DNA from: the human T2T-CHM13v2.0 reference genome, Homo sapiens
NCBI GenBank assembly: GCA_009914755.4
Contig: CP068257.2
Coordinates: 35,616,001-35,680,000, forward strand
Length of the DNA: 64,000 nucleotides
Direction of reading: 5' to 3'
Shown here: piece after piece, positions 1-16,638 of the stretch
Layout of the letters: every line of letters begins with the position of its first letter
How positions within the stretch are numbered: the first letter of the stretch is position 1
The notes under the pieces: generated by a model
The model's database searches: none
Told to the model about the DNA's origin: nothing
The model's input: the letters and a program-made list of their open reading frames with translations, nothing else
Program-made: the position numbers and the translations under genes

Positions 1-1065
1 CCAGGCCAGATCCCGTTGTTGTCTGCCTTACTGTGCGAGCCCAGACAGATAACACAACTTGTCTGAGCTTCTGCTTCCCTTCTGTAGAATGGGGCTCTTA
101 AGACCCACCTGCAGCGAGACTCCAATGAGATCATGTGTGACAAGCACTCAGCACAGGGCTGGCACAAAGCAATGCTGGAAAACAGCAGCTACTTTGTAAG
201 CGGGATTAGAAAATCCATGCAGTGAGGACTGCAACCCTGGGACAGCACCCAGCATGTCACAACCCTTCCTCGCTGGGCACCTGCTCTGAGTGCATAGCAC
301 TGCCCTGGGCACCAGAGCCAAGCTCAAGGTCACACCTGGTCCTCAGGGAACTTCTAGTTTACTGAATATGCAGTAACCCACACATCCATCAACCAACTTC
401 CACAAGGGTCAACTCATGGCTAATCTTATTTCTCGAGACATCTGAGGTCTCTCTCCATCTGCCAACACACAGATGTAGCCTGCACCTCAAAGAAAAAGTG
501 GGTTGGAAAACAATGTAGCATCGCACTTGCACACTTGCTTTTTTAATGTGGCAGAGCCGCATTCCATTTCTCTGCTGTCCCTAGGTTAGTTTTCTGAGCT
601 GGTTGCTACCATGGTGCCTACTGCAAGGTGAGCTCTATTCCCCCAAGGGGAGCCCCACTGCAGAGCTGGTATTGAGCTTAAAGCAGGCTTTGAACGGAGA
701 CTGTTGCTTCAAATCCCTGTCCGTGAGCTGAGAGACTATTTAAAAATGTAATTCTACAGCAGGACCACTGTTGTAATGCCAGTCTTTAAAAAAAAATCAC
801 ATAATCCACGTTTAATAAAGTTAGTTGTTGTTTTAATCGTCCAGGAAAAACTTCAGAATTATGTCAAAAATAATTTTCATAACTCGGACTCTATGCATAA
901 CTGAATCTTCCAAGAAGCTAATATTCGTATGAACAACCTGTCCGCATGAAATAAGAAGTTACTATATATATTTAAGGTACTACTGGGAGAGTAAAACATT
1001 GTTTAAAAGAATCATCCTTGTCTGCAAGGATCTTTATGTAGAATATATATACAATATATATATTC

Positions 1066-1651
<586 letters not shown>

Positions 1652-2069
1652 CTGTCCATAGTTTTAAAGTAGATTCCTATAAAAGGAATTTTTAACTTTG
1701 AAAAGGGATGACTAGGATCTCTAGAAATGAGTGCTGAATATACAATTTCAGCAGACATGTTTTATGTGATAGGATAAACGCTTGCTAGCACAGCTACAAG
1801 AGTAAAGCAAGAGTAGAACAAACCTAATAAAACTTGCCTACAATTTAAATTATTGTAAAAAGAAGAAGTAGATGCACAAAGGGCAACTACGGAAGACTCT
1901 GATGATCATATGAAGTATCTAGTAACAAAGACAAACATGAACGCAACATGACTGAGAAGAATGTCAAGCTCTTCATCTAAAAAATGACAAGAAAGCCAAG
2001 CCTCTGGAAGTCAGGAATATAATACTGGCATTTGATACATATACATATATATATGTGTATATGTGTGTG

Positions 2070-2100
<31 letters not shown>

Positions 2101-2119
2101 AATTAAAAAATTTTTTTCT

Positions 2120-2235
2120 TAAGAGATGAGGTATTGCTATGTTGCCCAGGCTGGACTTGAACTTCTGGGCTCAAGTGATTCTCCTACCTCAGCCTCCCAA
2201 GTGGCTGGGTTTACAGGTGCATGCCGCTGCACCCA
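2120..2235 (-). mobile_element. Free Alu monomer (FLAM/FRAM-like) preceded by a (TA/TG)n simple repeat at 2036-2100.
   Basis: agagatgaggtattgctatgttgcccaggctggacttgaacttctgggctcaagtgattctcctacctcagcctcccaagtggctgggtttacaggtgcatgcc. Confidence 0.6.
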
Positions 2236-3169
2236 GCACGTCTATCTTTTAAATCCTTTATTCTGATTTATGATTTTTACCGTTTTAGATTGTTACAACA
2301 CAATTCAATTTATGAATGAAAAATTTCTTGGCACATAATTTAAGAAAGATGATATTAGGGTTTAGCAACAAAAGTTTCTATCCAAAGAAATGTGCCTATG
2401 TTAACCTTTAGAGTAAGTGCGGTAAACAGTGCGGGCCGAGGAGTGCTGGTCTGGACCCGCAGGCTGAGGCTGGCCTGTGTGACCACAGGAAGTCACTGCC
2501 GTCTCTGGGCGGCACTTGCTCTACTATAAAACTGTAAGAAAAAGACCTGCCAAATAATGGCATGAATGAATGAATGGATGGATGGATGATGACAGATTTA
2601 AAAAAACATAATCTTAGTTTCTCTTAAATTTATTTTCTCAAAAGACGACAAATTTTGATATGAATCAAGAATTAATCAATACTTGAGAATTTTTACAAAT
2701 TCTGATAGGTGTGCAAATGTTAACTGTAATTATAGAGACAAACGTCCTTAGTTTTTGGAGATGCGCAATGAGGTATTTTGAGATGAAGTATCAAGACTCT
2801 GAAACTAACTTTAAAATGATTTAGAAAAAAATCTAAATTTTTAGGTGAACAAAGATGGCAAAATACTATTAAGTGCTGAATGACAATAAGTGTGATAAAG
2901 TCATGGAAATCAGAGGTTAAGCTAAGAAATCTCTTCATTGTTAGAAATCGGTGAGATAGGTGGGGAGGTACTGAATTCCAAATTGTAGTACTCTGAGGTT
3001 AACCCTCAAATGGTAAAATCTGATGATGAAAAGACGAGGGTAGGGGCAATTATTCCCTTTACTAAGGAACCGACCACCTGTTAACTCTCCTACTATATTT
3101 TAAGTAGCCTCCAATGTACACACAGCTCTGCAGCAACAGAAGCACACAAGCTTTTTGTTTTGTTTTCTT

Positions 3170-3292
3170 TTGTAGAGATGAGATCTTGCGTTGTTGCCCA
3201 GGCTGGTCTTGAACTCCTGGGTTCAAGCAATCCTCCTGCCATGGCCTCCCAAAGTGCAGGGATGACAAGCGTGAGCCACTGTGCCTGGCCAG
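3170..3292 (-). mobile_element. Alu monomer fragment.
   Basis: gtagagatgagatcttgcgttgttgcccaggctggtcttgaactcctgggttcaagcaatcctcctgcc...gtgagccactgtgcctggcc. Confidence 0.6.
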
Positions 3293-4669
3293 CACACACG
3301 TTTTCTATGTATATCTGAACATCTGTCTTGGCAACATGTGGAAAAGGATGGGGTTTCCAATTTGACTTTAAACAAATTCATCTTCTTTTGGTAAGTCTTG
3401 ATGAACGCAGGAGTTAACAAATATGATCACTGAAAACGTGATCTTATTCCAGTTTCTAATGAACATATTCTTGTATTTTTAAATCAACCATATTAAAGAA
3501 CTGCCGTGTGGATAAAGCAAGTCGATACTGATTCTGGGTAGATAATAAAAATAATTTCCAAAATCAATGTTCAAGATATCTTCAGTATTGCCAAAAAGGC
3601 ATTTTTCATTCAGTTTCTTTCAGGGTGGAAACAGTCCCAACCTAGAAAGCTGATCAGAAGACTCCCACCCACATACCAGCAATTGGTATCTGCATGGCTA
3701 CGTACGCAGCTTCCTCTGAATCCAGGTACTACTCAGTCATCACTGCTGCTTCCTTGGGGCTGTCCAAAGCCTTTGGTGCTAACAATAAAGGACTAGAAAC
3801 ACTTCTTTTCTTCACAGAAGATGTACATCATACTACATGTGTTTCCTCTGGACAGATCTCTTAGGCAATTCATAAAACTCCCATACAGATGAATCTTTAA
3901 ACACTCACAGGGGTTTGGGGGGCTTTTATTTTAAAGGTTCTATTATTTTCAGCAGGATAATGTATCTACTAAGGCCAAATTATTGACCAAAACTTAATAA
4001 ATCAAAAAAATTCCTGACTTTCATCCCTCTTGCATATAAGACTGAAGAGTTGTGTCTCATCCAGCAAGGGAAGTGCTGCGAGGCTGCTATCACAAAAGTA
4101 TCTTTCTTTCTGCTGCATAAAGGAAAGGCTATCTCACCCCGCGTGGACTCCACTGCTCCTGAGACAACAACAGCAGACTGTCAAAGACGTCCCTTAACCA
4201 GCAGAGGTAGACAGGAAGTCATAATCCACTTCCCCTCATTGACAAGGTTTGTTCAGTAAAGAACACCAGCCTATGTCAAAGTAGTAGCCTTTGGGTGTTA
4301 AACAAAGAGATACTTGTAAGTATAAAACAGACAAGTTAATGCTAGTGCCAGAAAGAAGTTAGGGCATATCTGTTACCAGACAATAAAAGCATCCCTTACA
4401 ATGTGAGGTGGCCTGAAAAGAGCCCAGAAGAAACAGAGGGAAAAGAAGTTACAGCACGAGTGCCTTGAGGCTCCCATCAGAAATAACGGCCATACATCAA
4501 ATGCATTTATCAGGGAAATGAGAAATTAACGTCGAATATACATGCGAGGTCTCAGCAATAAACACAGTATTAAATTCTTGGGCCCGTCTACTAACGTTGA
4601 GAGAAAGACCACACCGTTTGTCAGAAGAAAACTTGTGAAGTCAGTCGCGTAGGACTAGGAAGCTCTCAC

Positions 4670-4819
4670 CTGAATGTTGACAAACACGCCATGATACGTC
4701 TCATACAGAACTTTGTTACCCTTCAAGTGCAGAGGAAATTCAAAAGGGATTTCTGTTTTGCCGCTGGGAAATTTCCCCGGCTTCACCATTTCTATGGTGC
4801 TGTTGATAATCTGGATAGG
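4670..4819 (-). CDS. VPS26C: VPS26C/DSCR3 coding exon 3 (50 aa: PIQIINSTIEMVKPGKFPSGKTEIPFEFPLHLKGNKVLYETYHGVFVNIQ).
   Basis: Reverse-complement translation gives 150 nt. Acceptor is tgatttttgtttacag|CCTATC and donor is ATTCAG|gtgag. This is a VPS26-family arrestin-fold segment and continues exon 2 in frame. Confidence 0.92.
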
Positions 4820-5774
4820 CTGTAAACAAAAATCAGTTCAGTCCATCAGCACACACTTGGAAATGTCCTTTCCAATTACTAATAACGTTCTGAAGGACAC
4901 AGCACCCCGACCCCCTGGAGGCCACCATCCTGCTGTCTTCGGCAGCTCTGCGCTGGGTCTGGAGATGAACAGTGACTTGGCTCTGCTTTTTAAGACTCTG
5001 GCACAATAATGATTCATTTACAACATGAGACACATAGGTGCTTGAGACACATGGGAACTGAACTGATACATCCCTCTCTCCTCCCCAGGTATCTCATTTA
5101 ACTGTTTTAACGACCCCGATCTTCAGGATCAAGAAGCAGACCCAGCACAGTGAGGCTGCCTGGCTAACAGGGTTGACGTGTGAACCCACGGCTCCCCCTC
5201 ACCGAGCCCCGTGCTCTTCTGGGCAGCGCTGCCTCTGCTCCTGACAGCCCACCAGCTTCCTCGGAGCCTTCCTGCTGCAGCCGCTCAGGGAGAGCAGGCC
5301 TTTCCTCCAGCCCTGTGGCCTGCACAGACCTCCTCAGCTGGGCCTCCAAGGAGGAGCAGGAGGGTACTAACATTTGGAACCTGCCTTCAAGGCACGTATT
5401 CATGCTTTTTAAGCATTTATAGTTTAACATCAGTGGCTCGGAGAAGACCCATGACTTAGGAAGTGAATCTCTTAAGTACTAATGGATTAAAATAAAGTTG
5501 TAGAAAACATAGGAAGCCCCTAAATCTGAACACTGTGAATGCACCTTTCTCTGTCTTCACTCTTTTCCCTGCAAAACTTAAAGCGTTAATATGTCCTTCA
5601 GGAAAAGGCAACTACAAGAATAGAGAAAGAGTTTACATTCTGGAACACAAAACTCTACCCTAAATGACAAAAACAACAGTTACTTGCTCTATTTTCATCT
5701 TACCTTAGTGTCAAATCAACAGTAGCATAGACACAGCTAATAAAATGACAGTTTTGATTTTGGAAGGCATGTAA

Positions 5775-6104
<330 letters not shown>

Positions 6105-6344
6105 GTGTGATCTTTTTAATGGCTGAAATTAATACATTTATAGTTCTCCTAATCCTATTTATCAAATAGGAATAAATATAAGCAGACTTTCAATAACAGG
6201 ATATACTTAGAAACAAAGTATCTCCATTTTCGCAGGTTGATTAGTAAATATCAGAAGTGTAATTACCACCATCCCTTGCAAAATAACAACAGATAACAAT
6301 AAAGGCACACAGCAAGTGAAACCCACCATAAACATGTCTTTTTT

Positions 6345-6652
6345 TAAGAGACATGGTATCTTGCTCTGTTGCTGAGGCTGGAGTAGAGTGCTGTGATCAT
6401 AGCTCACTGCAGCCTTGAATTCCTGGGCTCAAGGGATCCTCCTGCCTCAGCCTCCTGAGTAGCTGGGACTACAGGCACGCACCACCACACCCGGCTAATT
6501 TTTAAAGTTTATTTATAGAGATGGGGTCTTGCTATGTTGCCCAGGCTACTCTCAAACTCCTGGGCTCAAGCGATCCTCCCGCCTTGGCCTCCCAAATTAC
6601 TGAGATTACAGGCCTGAGCCACTGCGCCTGGCCCTGAGCCACTGCGCCCAGC
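6345..6652 (-). mobile_element. Alu, older AluJ/S-like.
   Basis: agagacatggtatcttgctctgttgctgaggctggagt...gagattacaggcctgagccactgcgcctggcc, with a short terminal duplication. Confidence 0.8.
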
Positions 6653-6704
6653 CCAACATTTCAATATTGAACTAAAAACTTGCAATCTAAGCATTCTTTC
6701 TTAC

Positions 6705-6848
6705 CTTAACAGAATTATAAAAAGCTTCAAACACACCCACACTTTTGGCACTGAGCTGGAGGTTTACAGTTCCTTCCATGGTCAAAGACACTCCCTGGTG
6801 TTGGACTGAATCCTTACTCGATATGACCACCACGCCAGAGAGCACTTC
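6705..6848 (-). CDS. VPS26C: VPS26C/DSCR3 coding exon 2 (48 aa: EVLSGVVVISSKDSVQHQGVSLTMEGTVNLQLSAKSVGVFEAFYNSVK).
   Basis: Manual reverse-complement translation gives 144 nt, phase 0 at both ends. Acceptor is ttttctctcccag|GAAGTG and donor is GTTAAG|gtaag. The residues match the DSCR3 protein directly after exon 1. Confidence 0.92.
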
Positions 6849-7745
6849 CTGGGAGAGAAAAGACAGCCACCAATCAAATTAGCATGCTTCCTCCATTCTA
6901 CCTTGTTTATTAGCAAACGTAGGTCTCCTTCATCATCAATTTGTTTAAAGATCCAGACATTCACTGAGACACCTGGATACCAGGGTGGAGAAGGCCCAGG
7001 TCCTGGTAGGGGACAGATGCCCACTGATAATGACGTGGCAGCCTGGACACACCTGACGGGGAGCACCCGGGTGTGGGGATGAGAAACCTCGTCCCGTCAC
7101 TGCCTCTCAGACATGTCTTCATTCCTGGTTGGGGAATCTCAACAGATGTCTGAATTCAAGAGTGCAAGGAGAAGGGCCAGGGCAAATGTAAGTTCCCAGT
7201 GATATCACACATGGGCATGGATGAGGTCCCTTCAAAAGGAACAGAAGAAAATAAAACTCTGTTCATTAGGCTCTTTCTCAATAGCGCTGACTAAAATGAC
7301 AGCACAACTGCAAATGCATGAGTAATTTAACACGATGGTTAGCCTGGTGTCCTTTCTGCCCAGAAATGCCTACTGTGAGCAAGACTGGAGGTTATTGGTG
7401 CCACCCACGAGGCAGCAGCATGCCACTTTCCAGAAGGACTGCCCTGTCCCTGTGGTTCCTGCTCACACCAGGAGGCATCGGCGCCTCCATTCCCTTGGTT
7501 CACACATCATCGAGAGACTTCACAACAGATCATCTGTGCATTTATCTGAAGATAATTACTGAGTAATAGATTACGGATAGTAACTGCATTCGCTATTGGA
7601 GAGCAGTTTCTTCCTGTCACCATAGAACTGGATGGTCTCAATCTGTTACAGGGGCTCGAGTGGAAGAGGAAATTGAGGGGATGAAATAGTATCAAGCGGA
7701 ACAGAAAGACTGAATCCACAGTCCACACAGAACAACACGTCTCAG

Positions 7746-8055
<310 letters not shown>

Positions 8056-8523
8056 TGGCCTGCAGATCAAACCATTAAAAAACATCTGTCCTACTGGTGT
8101 TTAAATCTGCTTATCTTTTATTTCTTCTAGTTATCCAGTGAAAAATTTTTACCAAGTTCTTACTTTAACTTGAATTTTGGAAGCAAGAAATATTCTATGT
8201 CCCTTAAATGTGCTAAGTATTTTGTTTTTGTTTCCACTCCCCATCCCAAAGCCTTGAAGTCTAATTAAAACAAACACGATCATCTCCATTTTAAGCAATC
8301 TTAAGAATAAAATGAGTTCTCCTTGAATTCTGCTTAAAATGGAGATGACTGTGTTTGTTTCAATGTTAATGTTTAATGTTTAATTTAATGTTCCTAAAAA
8401 ATTCCTAAGCAGACTTAAATAAAAATTCCTGTGAAGTAACTTAAATTCTAAGTTTAATTAACATTAATTCTATTAATTTTTTGTATAGCCCAAATTCAAA
8501 TGGAAATTTAATATTAAAAATTC

Positions 8524-8892
<369 letters not shown>

Positions 8893-9229
8893 TTATCAAT
8901 TGAACCACACAGTAGCGCCTGAGGATGGTCCCGTTCCTATGCAGTCATAACCCTTTCCGTCAGTCTCACGGGAACAGGTCTCTGGGTCTCCCTGATGGGC
9001 ATATTCTAACTATGACATCAGTAAAGCCTTTTCCCTCCTTAATCCCTGCAGCGTAGGAGGAAAAAAGTAGTGACATACCTCGGAAGTAAGCAGAGTAAAT
9101 ATTTTATGACTCGAGACACAATATAGTACAGAAAATACAAAATTAACATTTGTGGATAAATTAGATATTCTTATAATATACAGGTTTATTCAACTCCTAC
9201 CAGTGAAAGAAGGATAGGGAATTAGCCCA

Positions 9230-10200
9230 CCTGAGGCCGAGGGCCAAGGGATTTAGAAACAGGAGACGGTTTAACAGAGAGGCAAGATCTGTCTACACAA
9301 TGCTTGATTGATCCTGGCAGAGGAAGATAGGATACACTGGTAGAACAGACATTAAGGAAAACCCAAGATCTCACCAAGAACTTCTCCCTCAGATTTTCGT
9401 CTAGACTTTCATCAGGAAGACATAAGATTTATGGCTCCAGATAGTACTAATACCTCGTCCAACATCACAAGCAGAGGCCTTCAACTGGGGGCCGTGACTA
9501 CAAAGAGGGACCGTTCACAGACTGGCAACGAACCCAGAACGTATACACCGAAATCGTGTGCAGGGTGCTACTGTTTTGGGAGAAGAGCCGTAGCTTCTGT
9601 CTCATCATGGAGGAGGCGCCTGGCCTGGGAAAGGCCATATTGTCAAGTGGGAGGAGGAAGAGGCGCAGCCCCGTGTGGTGTGCGTGCTCATCAGAGAAGC
9701 CAGCACAGACACTGGGACCCACTCGCGTCACCAAGAGCCAACCCCTCTTCAGGGTGAGTAAAGGAAAGAGCTTTCATTGGAGGAATGTGAATACTTTTCA
9801 GTTATCCAGCCCAGAGACACTGAAAGGAGACGGCAGTCCCGTCCTCCCCTTCTCTGGGTTGTGCTCATCTCTCGAAACTACCTGCTTTTGCCACCAGCAG
9901 CTAAGCTATAAATTCCCTCAATCACACCCCATCCGAGACTACAGCCCGCACCCTAGAGCTTAACAATGGAGAGCCAATCGCCCATCAATGCCATTTCTGT
10001 AAGCCTATGAGAATTCCTGGCAAACAACTTTGTATCACCCCACTCCGTGTCCCCCTTTCTTTGCCTTAACAACCTACTTGTAACACAGGGGAACGGAGTT
10101 CATATCCAGGGTCACTGGGTCTGTATCTTCTGGGCAGCTGTCCTCTCTTTGGCTCGAGTCAGCTCTTTATTATACTTTGTGCCTCAGCTGCTTTGCTTTA
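9230..10200. repeat. Possible degraded ERV LTR-derived sequence, family undetermined.
   Basis: A TATA-like gctataaattccc at about 9905 and an LTR-like terminus tgtaacacaggggaacgg...gctctttattatactttgtg. The moderately long ORFs here show no coding signature. Confidence 0.25.
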
Positions 10201-10473
10201 GATGGACAGAGGCCATGCACCCAAGAACCACACCACTCAGAGCCTGCTTCGAGGGGCTCCTCCAAGTCCCTGCCCTGGAGGAGCTAAGTCTGGAGAGAGG
10301 CCTGAAGCTGCCCATCTTCAACCTCAGCCCAAAGAGCCGCCTGGAAACAAGCATTCCAAAGGCTACTGGCCACCTTGCTCTTCTCAGCTTTGCTGGCTCT
10401 CACAGCGGAAACCACTGGCAAGTTTGTTCAAAGGGGGGCAAAAGCAACCACATTTTCTAACTTTGTATTCTCT

Positions 10474-10736
10474 TTTTTTTCCTCATTCACTCTGTCACCC
10501 AGGCTGGAGTGCAGCGGCACGCTGCAACCTCCGCCTCCTGGGTTCAAGCAATTCTCCTGCCTCAGCCTCCCAAGTAGCTGGGACTACAGGCATGCACCAC
10601 CACACCCAGCTAATTTTTTGTATTGTTAGTAGGGTTTCACCAATGTTGGTCAGGCTGGTCTCGAACTCCTGACCTCAAGTGATCCACCCATCTCAGCCTC
10701 CCAAAGTGCTGGGATTACAGGTGTGAGCACCCAGCC
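10474..10736 (-). mobile_element. Alu with internal deletions and a 16-bp TSD ctaactttgtattctc.
   Basis: The TSD is read on both sides, at 10459-10474 and 10737-10752. Alu body: cactctgtcacccaggctggagtgcagcggc...gggattacaggtgtgagcacccagc. Confidence 0.85.
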
Positions 10737-12985
10737 TAACTTTGTATTCTCTAAATGTAAAAGGCCACTACCAAACTATACAACTCTTTTTCTTATTTGT
10801 TCTCTGTAATAAAATGCCAAAACCATAATTGGAACTCTGGATTTGAAAATAGTGGCATCAAGTCCGCGACCCCTCTTGGCTTCCTGGAAATCACCCAAAG
10901 AATGAGAACCAAAACCACAAACTGCATTTTCGGCGAGGCAAGGAGATAGCTAAATACCATGAAATAGGTGGAAGAGCTGTTAAAAGAAGTGAAGACTGAG
11001 CAGGGGGACGTGATGAAAAACGGAAAGAAGGCCCCCAGCTCTGCAAACGTGCTTCTTCTGGAAAGTGAGGGTACACCTGGGAACAGCTGAGGCCACACCC
11101 AGAGAGGCATCCTGTCAACCCGCCCCATGCTGGAAGCAGTCGGTCTCTGCAGTGGTGGAGACAATGAGCCCCTCTGCAAGGTGCAAACGCCCTGCAGCTG
11201 GTTACTGCATGGGCTCATGCAAAGTCAAGATGAAAGAAACTCTCACGTAAATCCTCCGGCTATTAGAACACTCCAGCCAGCCTGGTCTAGGAATAAATTC
11301 ATCTCCTGCAAGGAGAGGTTAAAAGGAACCAGCAGAGGAGCACATGACATCTAATGGATTAAAAAATGAGAGTGGGAAGGGAAAGGAAGGAGGGGAAGTG
11401 AGGAAGGAGAGAAATACGAGTGGCAGATGAATGCGAAAGCCAGGTCAGGTCACTGTTCCACTTAGATTTTTCAGCAGCTCACCATCTCAAGCACACAGTA
11501 AGAGCCACAGCAGCCTACAAAGGGGGACCCGCCCTCTCCTTACCTGACGGCCCTCATATGGGGCCCTCTGCTCCCTCGCTCCTGCCCTGGCCCCCTTGCC
11601 ATTCCTTTCAGAGGCCTGCACATTCCAGCCTTAGGCAACTGCCCACGTTCCTTGCTCCACCTGCTTGTTCTTCTCAGATACCTGCAGGACTCGGTTCCGT
11701 GAGCCCACATTTGAAACTGTACTACTCCCTCCCTAGCACTCATTATCCCCCCTCCCTGACTGACTGCGCTCTGTGACACTTACACCTTCCAAAATAAGAC
11801 AAAAGTGCCTCCCTATTTTATTTATTGTCTGTCTCCTGCCCCTGAACATAAACTCCACCAGGGCAGAGTGATTGGCAACAGTAGGCATTCAATGAACATT
11901 TACTAAATGAATAAACGATCATTCACCAGAAGAAAAATCCATACCATCAAGCAGATGAAAATGGTGAATGTGCATTTCACCATGAATTTGTAAAGTCCGA
12001 TGAGACAATTGCTTCTATAAAGGATGAACACAAAACAGAGCTATAAGAGCTCAGGGAGGAAATGGTGAGGCAAAAGGAAGAGATAAAAATATAGGAAAGC
12101 TCAGAAAAGAAGTAAAAGGAAAAAATCAAACCACCACAGAAAATAAATTTAAAAGGGTCTAAGGATATATGCAGGGCAGAAATGACAAAATCCAAATAAA
12201 TTAAATGAAAATTTAAGAAAGAATTCAAAAAGAACCACAAAGAGATAAAATTGGAGACAGGTAACAAACACACAGCTATGCCTAATTAAGTTCCAAATAA
12301 GAAAACTGAAATAATGAAGCAGAACAAATATTTACTGTGATAATTCAAAAACAGTCAAGGGCAAAGGAATTAGGAGCACTCAATGAAAATACTCTGTAGC
12401 AAAAGTGTTCTCATTCAAAAAAGAAAATATCCTTTTGGAGTCAGGAAAAAAGATCGAGTCACTCATAAGAGGAAAAGAAACCATATTTCTCCATAGCAAA
12501 ATGGAATTCAAAATGCAAGCAGAATGATACAACAATGCTCAAGGCAGTGAAGTGTGACCCTAGAATTTATACTCACCTAATCTGTCATTCCAGTGTAACT
12601 GAAAGTTTTAAATGTGCAAAAATAAAAAAACCCAACCAAACTAAAAAAAAAAACATATCCCAAGCAATACTATATAAAAGTCCTTCTTGAGGAATGTACT
12701 AAATAGTAAACTATAGCTATCCAAGAGATGGCTAGAAAAACTATGTCAAAAGAACCAACTGTGAGGATTAACTCCATTTAATTGTAAGAAGAAGACTGAG
12801 ATAAGTGATGATTATAATGAAAGAAGAGAATGCAAAATATAAGTCCTGACAATGTAGAATGTAATCGACACTAGCTGGGAGACTAAGAGAACTAGAATCT
12901 AGGAAGTAGTATAATGTACATGGCTTTCCCATCTTTGATGGCTGGGATTTAAAAATGTATTATTCAAACCATACTTCCATACTTT

Positions 12986-13263
<278 letters not shown>

Positions 13264-14097
13264 TACACTTTTCAGTATGGTAGCTGTAAGCCATATGTGA
13301 CTATTGAAACTTAAACTTATATTAATAGTTAAAATTCAGGACCTTCCATTTCAAGTGTTTAATAGCCACACTATGGCCAGTGGCTATCATAAGAGACAGA
13401 GCAGATAAGAAGTACATTCACATCATCACAGAGAGCTCTACTGGACAGTGCTGATTTAAAGTTAATAAGTCAAATAATGTCGTACAAATAAACTTAACAG
13501 AAGTAAACAACGACGAATACTATAAGTAACTAAGATCAGGTAGTAGCGGGAAGAAAGGGAAAAGGAAAGAGGAAATATGCTAATTTACCATTGTTCACAG
13601 TAGGAAATTAATAAATAATGTCTAAAATGTGAAGATTCAGGTACAATAAAAAGTTGCAAGGGTAACAGTTAAAACAAAAATAAAACTCCAGATGACTAGA
13701 AAATCATACAAACAACTAAAGCAAACAAGACAGACTGTAAAAAGATGTTTCAAAAGCTACTTAAAAACACATTCCCCCCAACCAAGCAGGAATGACAGAA
13801 TTAATGCCAAACGTATGTCATATTAACAAATGAGCCAAATTAATGCCTATTCAAAAACAGACATGAATATTCCATTACAAGGCAAAACCCAATTTTATGT
13901 TGTATGACAGAGAAGCACCTAAAATGGCAGGGGTGGATTTGGAGAGGATAAAAAAGAAAGGATAAACAAAGGCAAAGAAAGAAGGCATGGATTGTCACCT
14001 TAATATCAGACAATGCTGAATTCCGAGAATGAAGGATTAAACAAGACAAAGGGGACTTTACAATTCTAAAGGAGCAACTCACAATAAAGACTTGTGA

Positions 14098-14228
14098 GGC
14101 CAGGTGTGGTGGCTCATGCCTGCAATTCTAGCACTTTGGGAGGCCGAGGCAGGAGGATTGTTTGAGCCCAGGAGTTTGAGACCAGCCTAGGCAGCATAGC
14201 GAGACCCTGTCTCTAAAAAAAGAAAAAG
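14098..14228 (+). mobile_element. Alu left-monomer-sized fragment (FLAM-like) inside the old L1.
   Basis: gccaggtgtggtggctcatgcctgcaattctagcactttgggaggccgaggcaggaggattgtttgagcccaggagtttgagaccagcctaggcagcatagcgagaccctgtctc. Confidence 0.7.
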
Positions 14229-16211
14229 ACGTGGTATTATTATCTGCAGATCAAACAGTGTCCACACTTGTAAAGCAAAAACTACAGGGAATAGATTTAA
14301 GGAGAAACTGAGTAAAACAAATTCGTTGTGGGAGACATTAATTTACAGATCATGACCAATAGAGTAGACAGAAAGAAACAAGGATACAGAAGACCTACGT
14401 CACATATCAACAGGGTATAATGAACTGGCATACATAGATCTCTATACCCTGAAAACAGAGAATATGCTCTTTTCAGTGTCCATGATATACTTTTAAAAAC
14501 TGGCCAAACTGATCCCTTAATAAGTCCAATAGGTCTTTCTTCTGGGGGTGGGGGGAGGGGGGGAACAAAGCAAATTATTAAATAATCTAATCAAAAAAGA
14601 AAAACACAAATATCCAAAATAAGAAATAAGAGCAGAAATACTAGAAAAATGGAGGTAATTAAAAGATAATATTCAACACTATTCAACTGTATATAAGTAA
14701 ATTTGAAAAGCTGACTAAGTGAATTATTTTTCTGGGAAAATATAATTTATCCAAAATCACTCCAAGGGAGACATGAAATCCAAGCAAATCAATCATCATA
14801 GAAAAAATAAAGTTCTAAATAAGGCCCCCAAACCCGACAGCTTCACAGGAGATCATTCCCTGAATTTTTCTGTGTGAAGAACAGAAAATTCCACTATAAA
14901 ACTATTAGAAAGCAACGAACTTAAAAAAAAAAAAAAAGCCAACATAACAATGACAGCAAAATAAGACAAAAGTCTACACACTCAGAGAGAGAGACAGGAG
15001 AGAGAAGAGAGAAAACTAGATTATTCTCATTTGTAAATACCAGTGCAAAGGTCCTAAATAAAATATTAGCAAATGCAATCCAGTAGCAACTTAAAACAAC
15101 ACTATACATAACCAAGTAGAATTCAGTCAAGGAATATAAGCATAGTTTAATAATGAGAAAACTGGTAATACAACTCATATTAATAGCTATTAAGAGAAAA
15201 ATTATATATAGTCATCTCCATAGATGCTGAAAAGGCATTTGAAAAAATTTATGCATTCTTGATAAAATTCTTAGTAAAATAATAGAAGGATGACCAAATA
15301 TATCTACCTTACCCCAAAGCCAGCATCAAACTTAATGAGAAAACAAGATATCATCCATTTAAGTCAGGAATAAAAGAAGGATGTCCACTATCACCACAAT
15401 TAACGTTCTGCAAGTACTAGTTAATACAATAAAACTAGAGAGAGAAAGAGGTAATTCAAAGGCAGGAGGTAAAATGATCACTACTTGCACAATGAGTGTA
15501 TACCTGAAGAAACCCAAGGGAATCCACTGAAAAACTACTATCAACATGAAGAGAGTTTCAGAAAAGATGACAGCTGGGTACAAAATTAACACAGAGAACC
15601 CAATAGGTATCACATATAAACCAACAACTAGTGAGAAGATACAATGGAAGAAATGGCCTTATTTTCAAAAGGAACAAAAAGTTAAAATATTATAAGTCAA
15701 TTTCACAGGAAATGTCTAAAACTCCCAGATGACAAAACTTAAAACATGCCTGAAAGCCACAAAAGAAAATTTGAAGAAATGGCCAACCATGCCAGATTTT
15801 GAATGGGAAAGATTTAATGCCCTTAACAAATCTACTTTCCCAGAAGTTGGTTTATAAAGGCAACCTAATCTTAAAAGAAAATAACACCACAATTGTTTTT
15901 CTTTTTTGAGGGGGAGATGGCGGGAGTGGGAGGGATACACTAGACAAGCTGATTCTGAAGTTTATATGCAATGATAAATCTGAAAAGAAGAAAATTGGAG
16001 AAACTAGCCCTGTGAGATATTACAACGCTGCTATAATTTACAAAGTGTCATACAGCACACATGTTCAGGCTGAAAGATCAACAGAACAAAAGTCTAGAAA
16101 TAGACCCAGACAGTATGGGAAGCTAATGTTTGATAAAGGTAGCATTTAAAATCCTTAGGGAAGAGAGGGAATATTCAATAAGTGATACTGGGAAACTGGC
16201 CAGAGAACTCA

Positions 16212-16638
<427 letters not shown>

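Noticed and set aside
2555-2590. Short (GAAT/GGAT)n run, atgaatgaatgaatggatggatggatgatg.
   Set aside because: Only about 30 bp of a trivial microsatellite with no further structure.
9431-10672. ORFs of 108-156 aa on the plus strand near an LTR-like segment with a TATA-like motif and a GT donor-like site (cag|ggtgagtaaagg at about 9750).
   Set aside because: There is no similarity to any protein family I recognise. The 156-aa ORF ends inside an antisense Alu, and the region looks like degraded ERV/LTR sequence. Exonisation cannot be excluded without RNA data, but the sequence does not support it.
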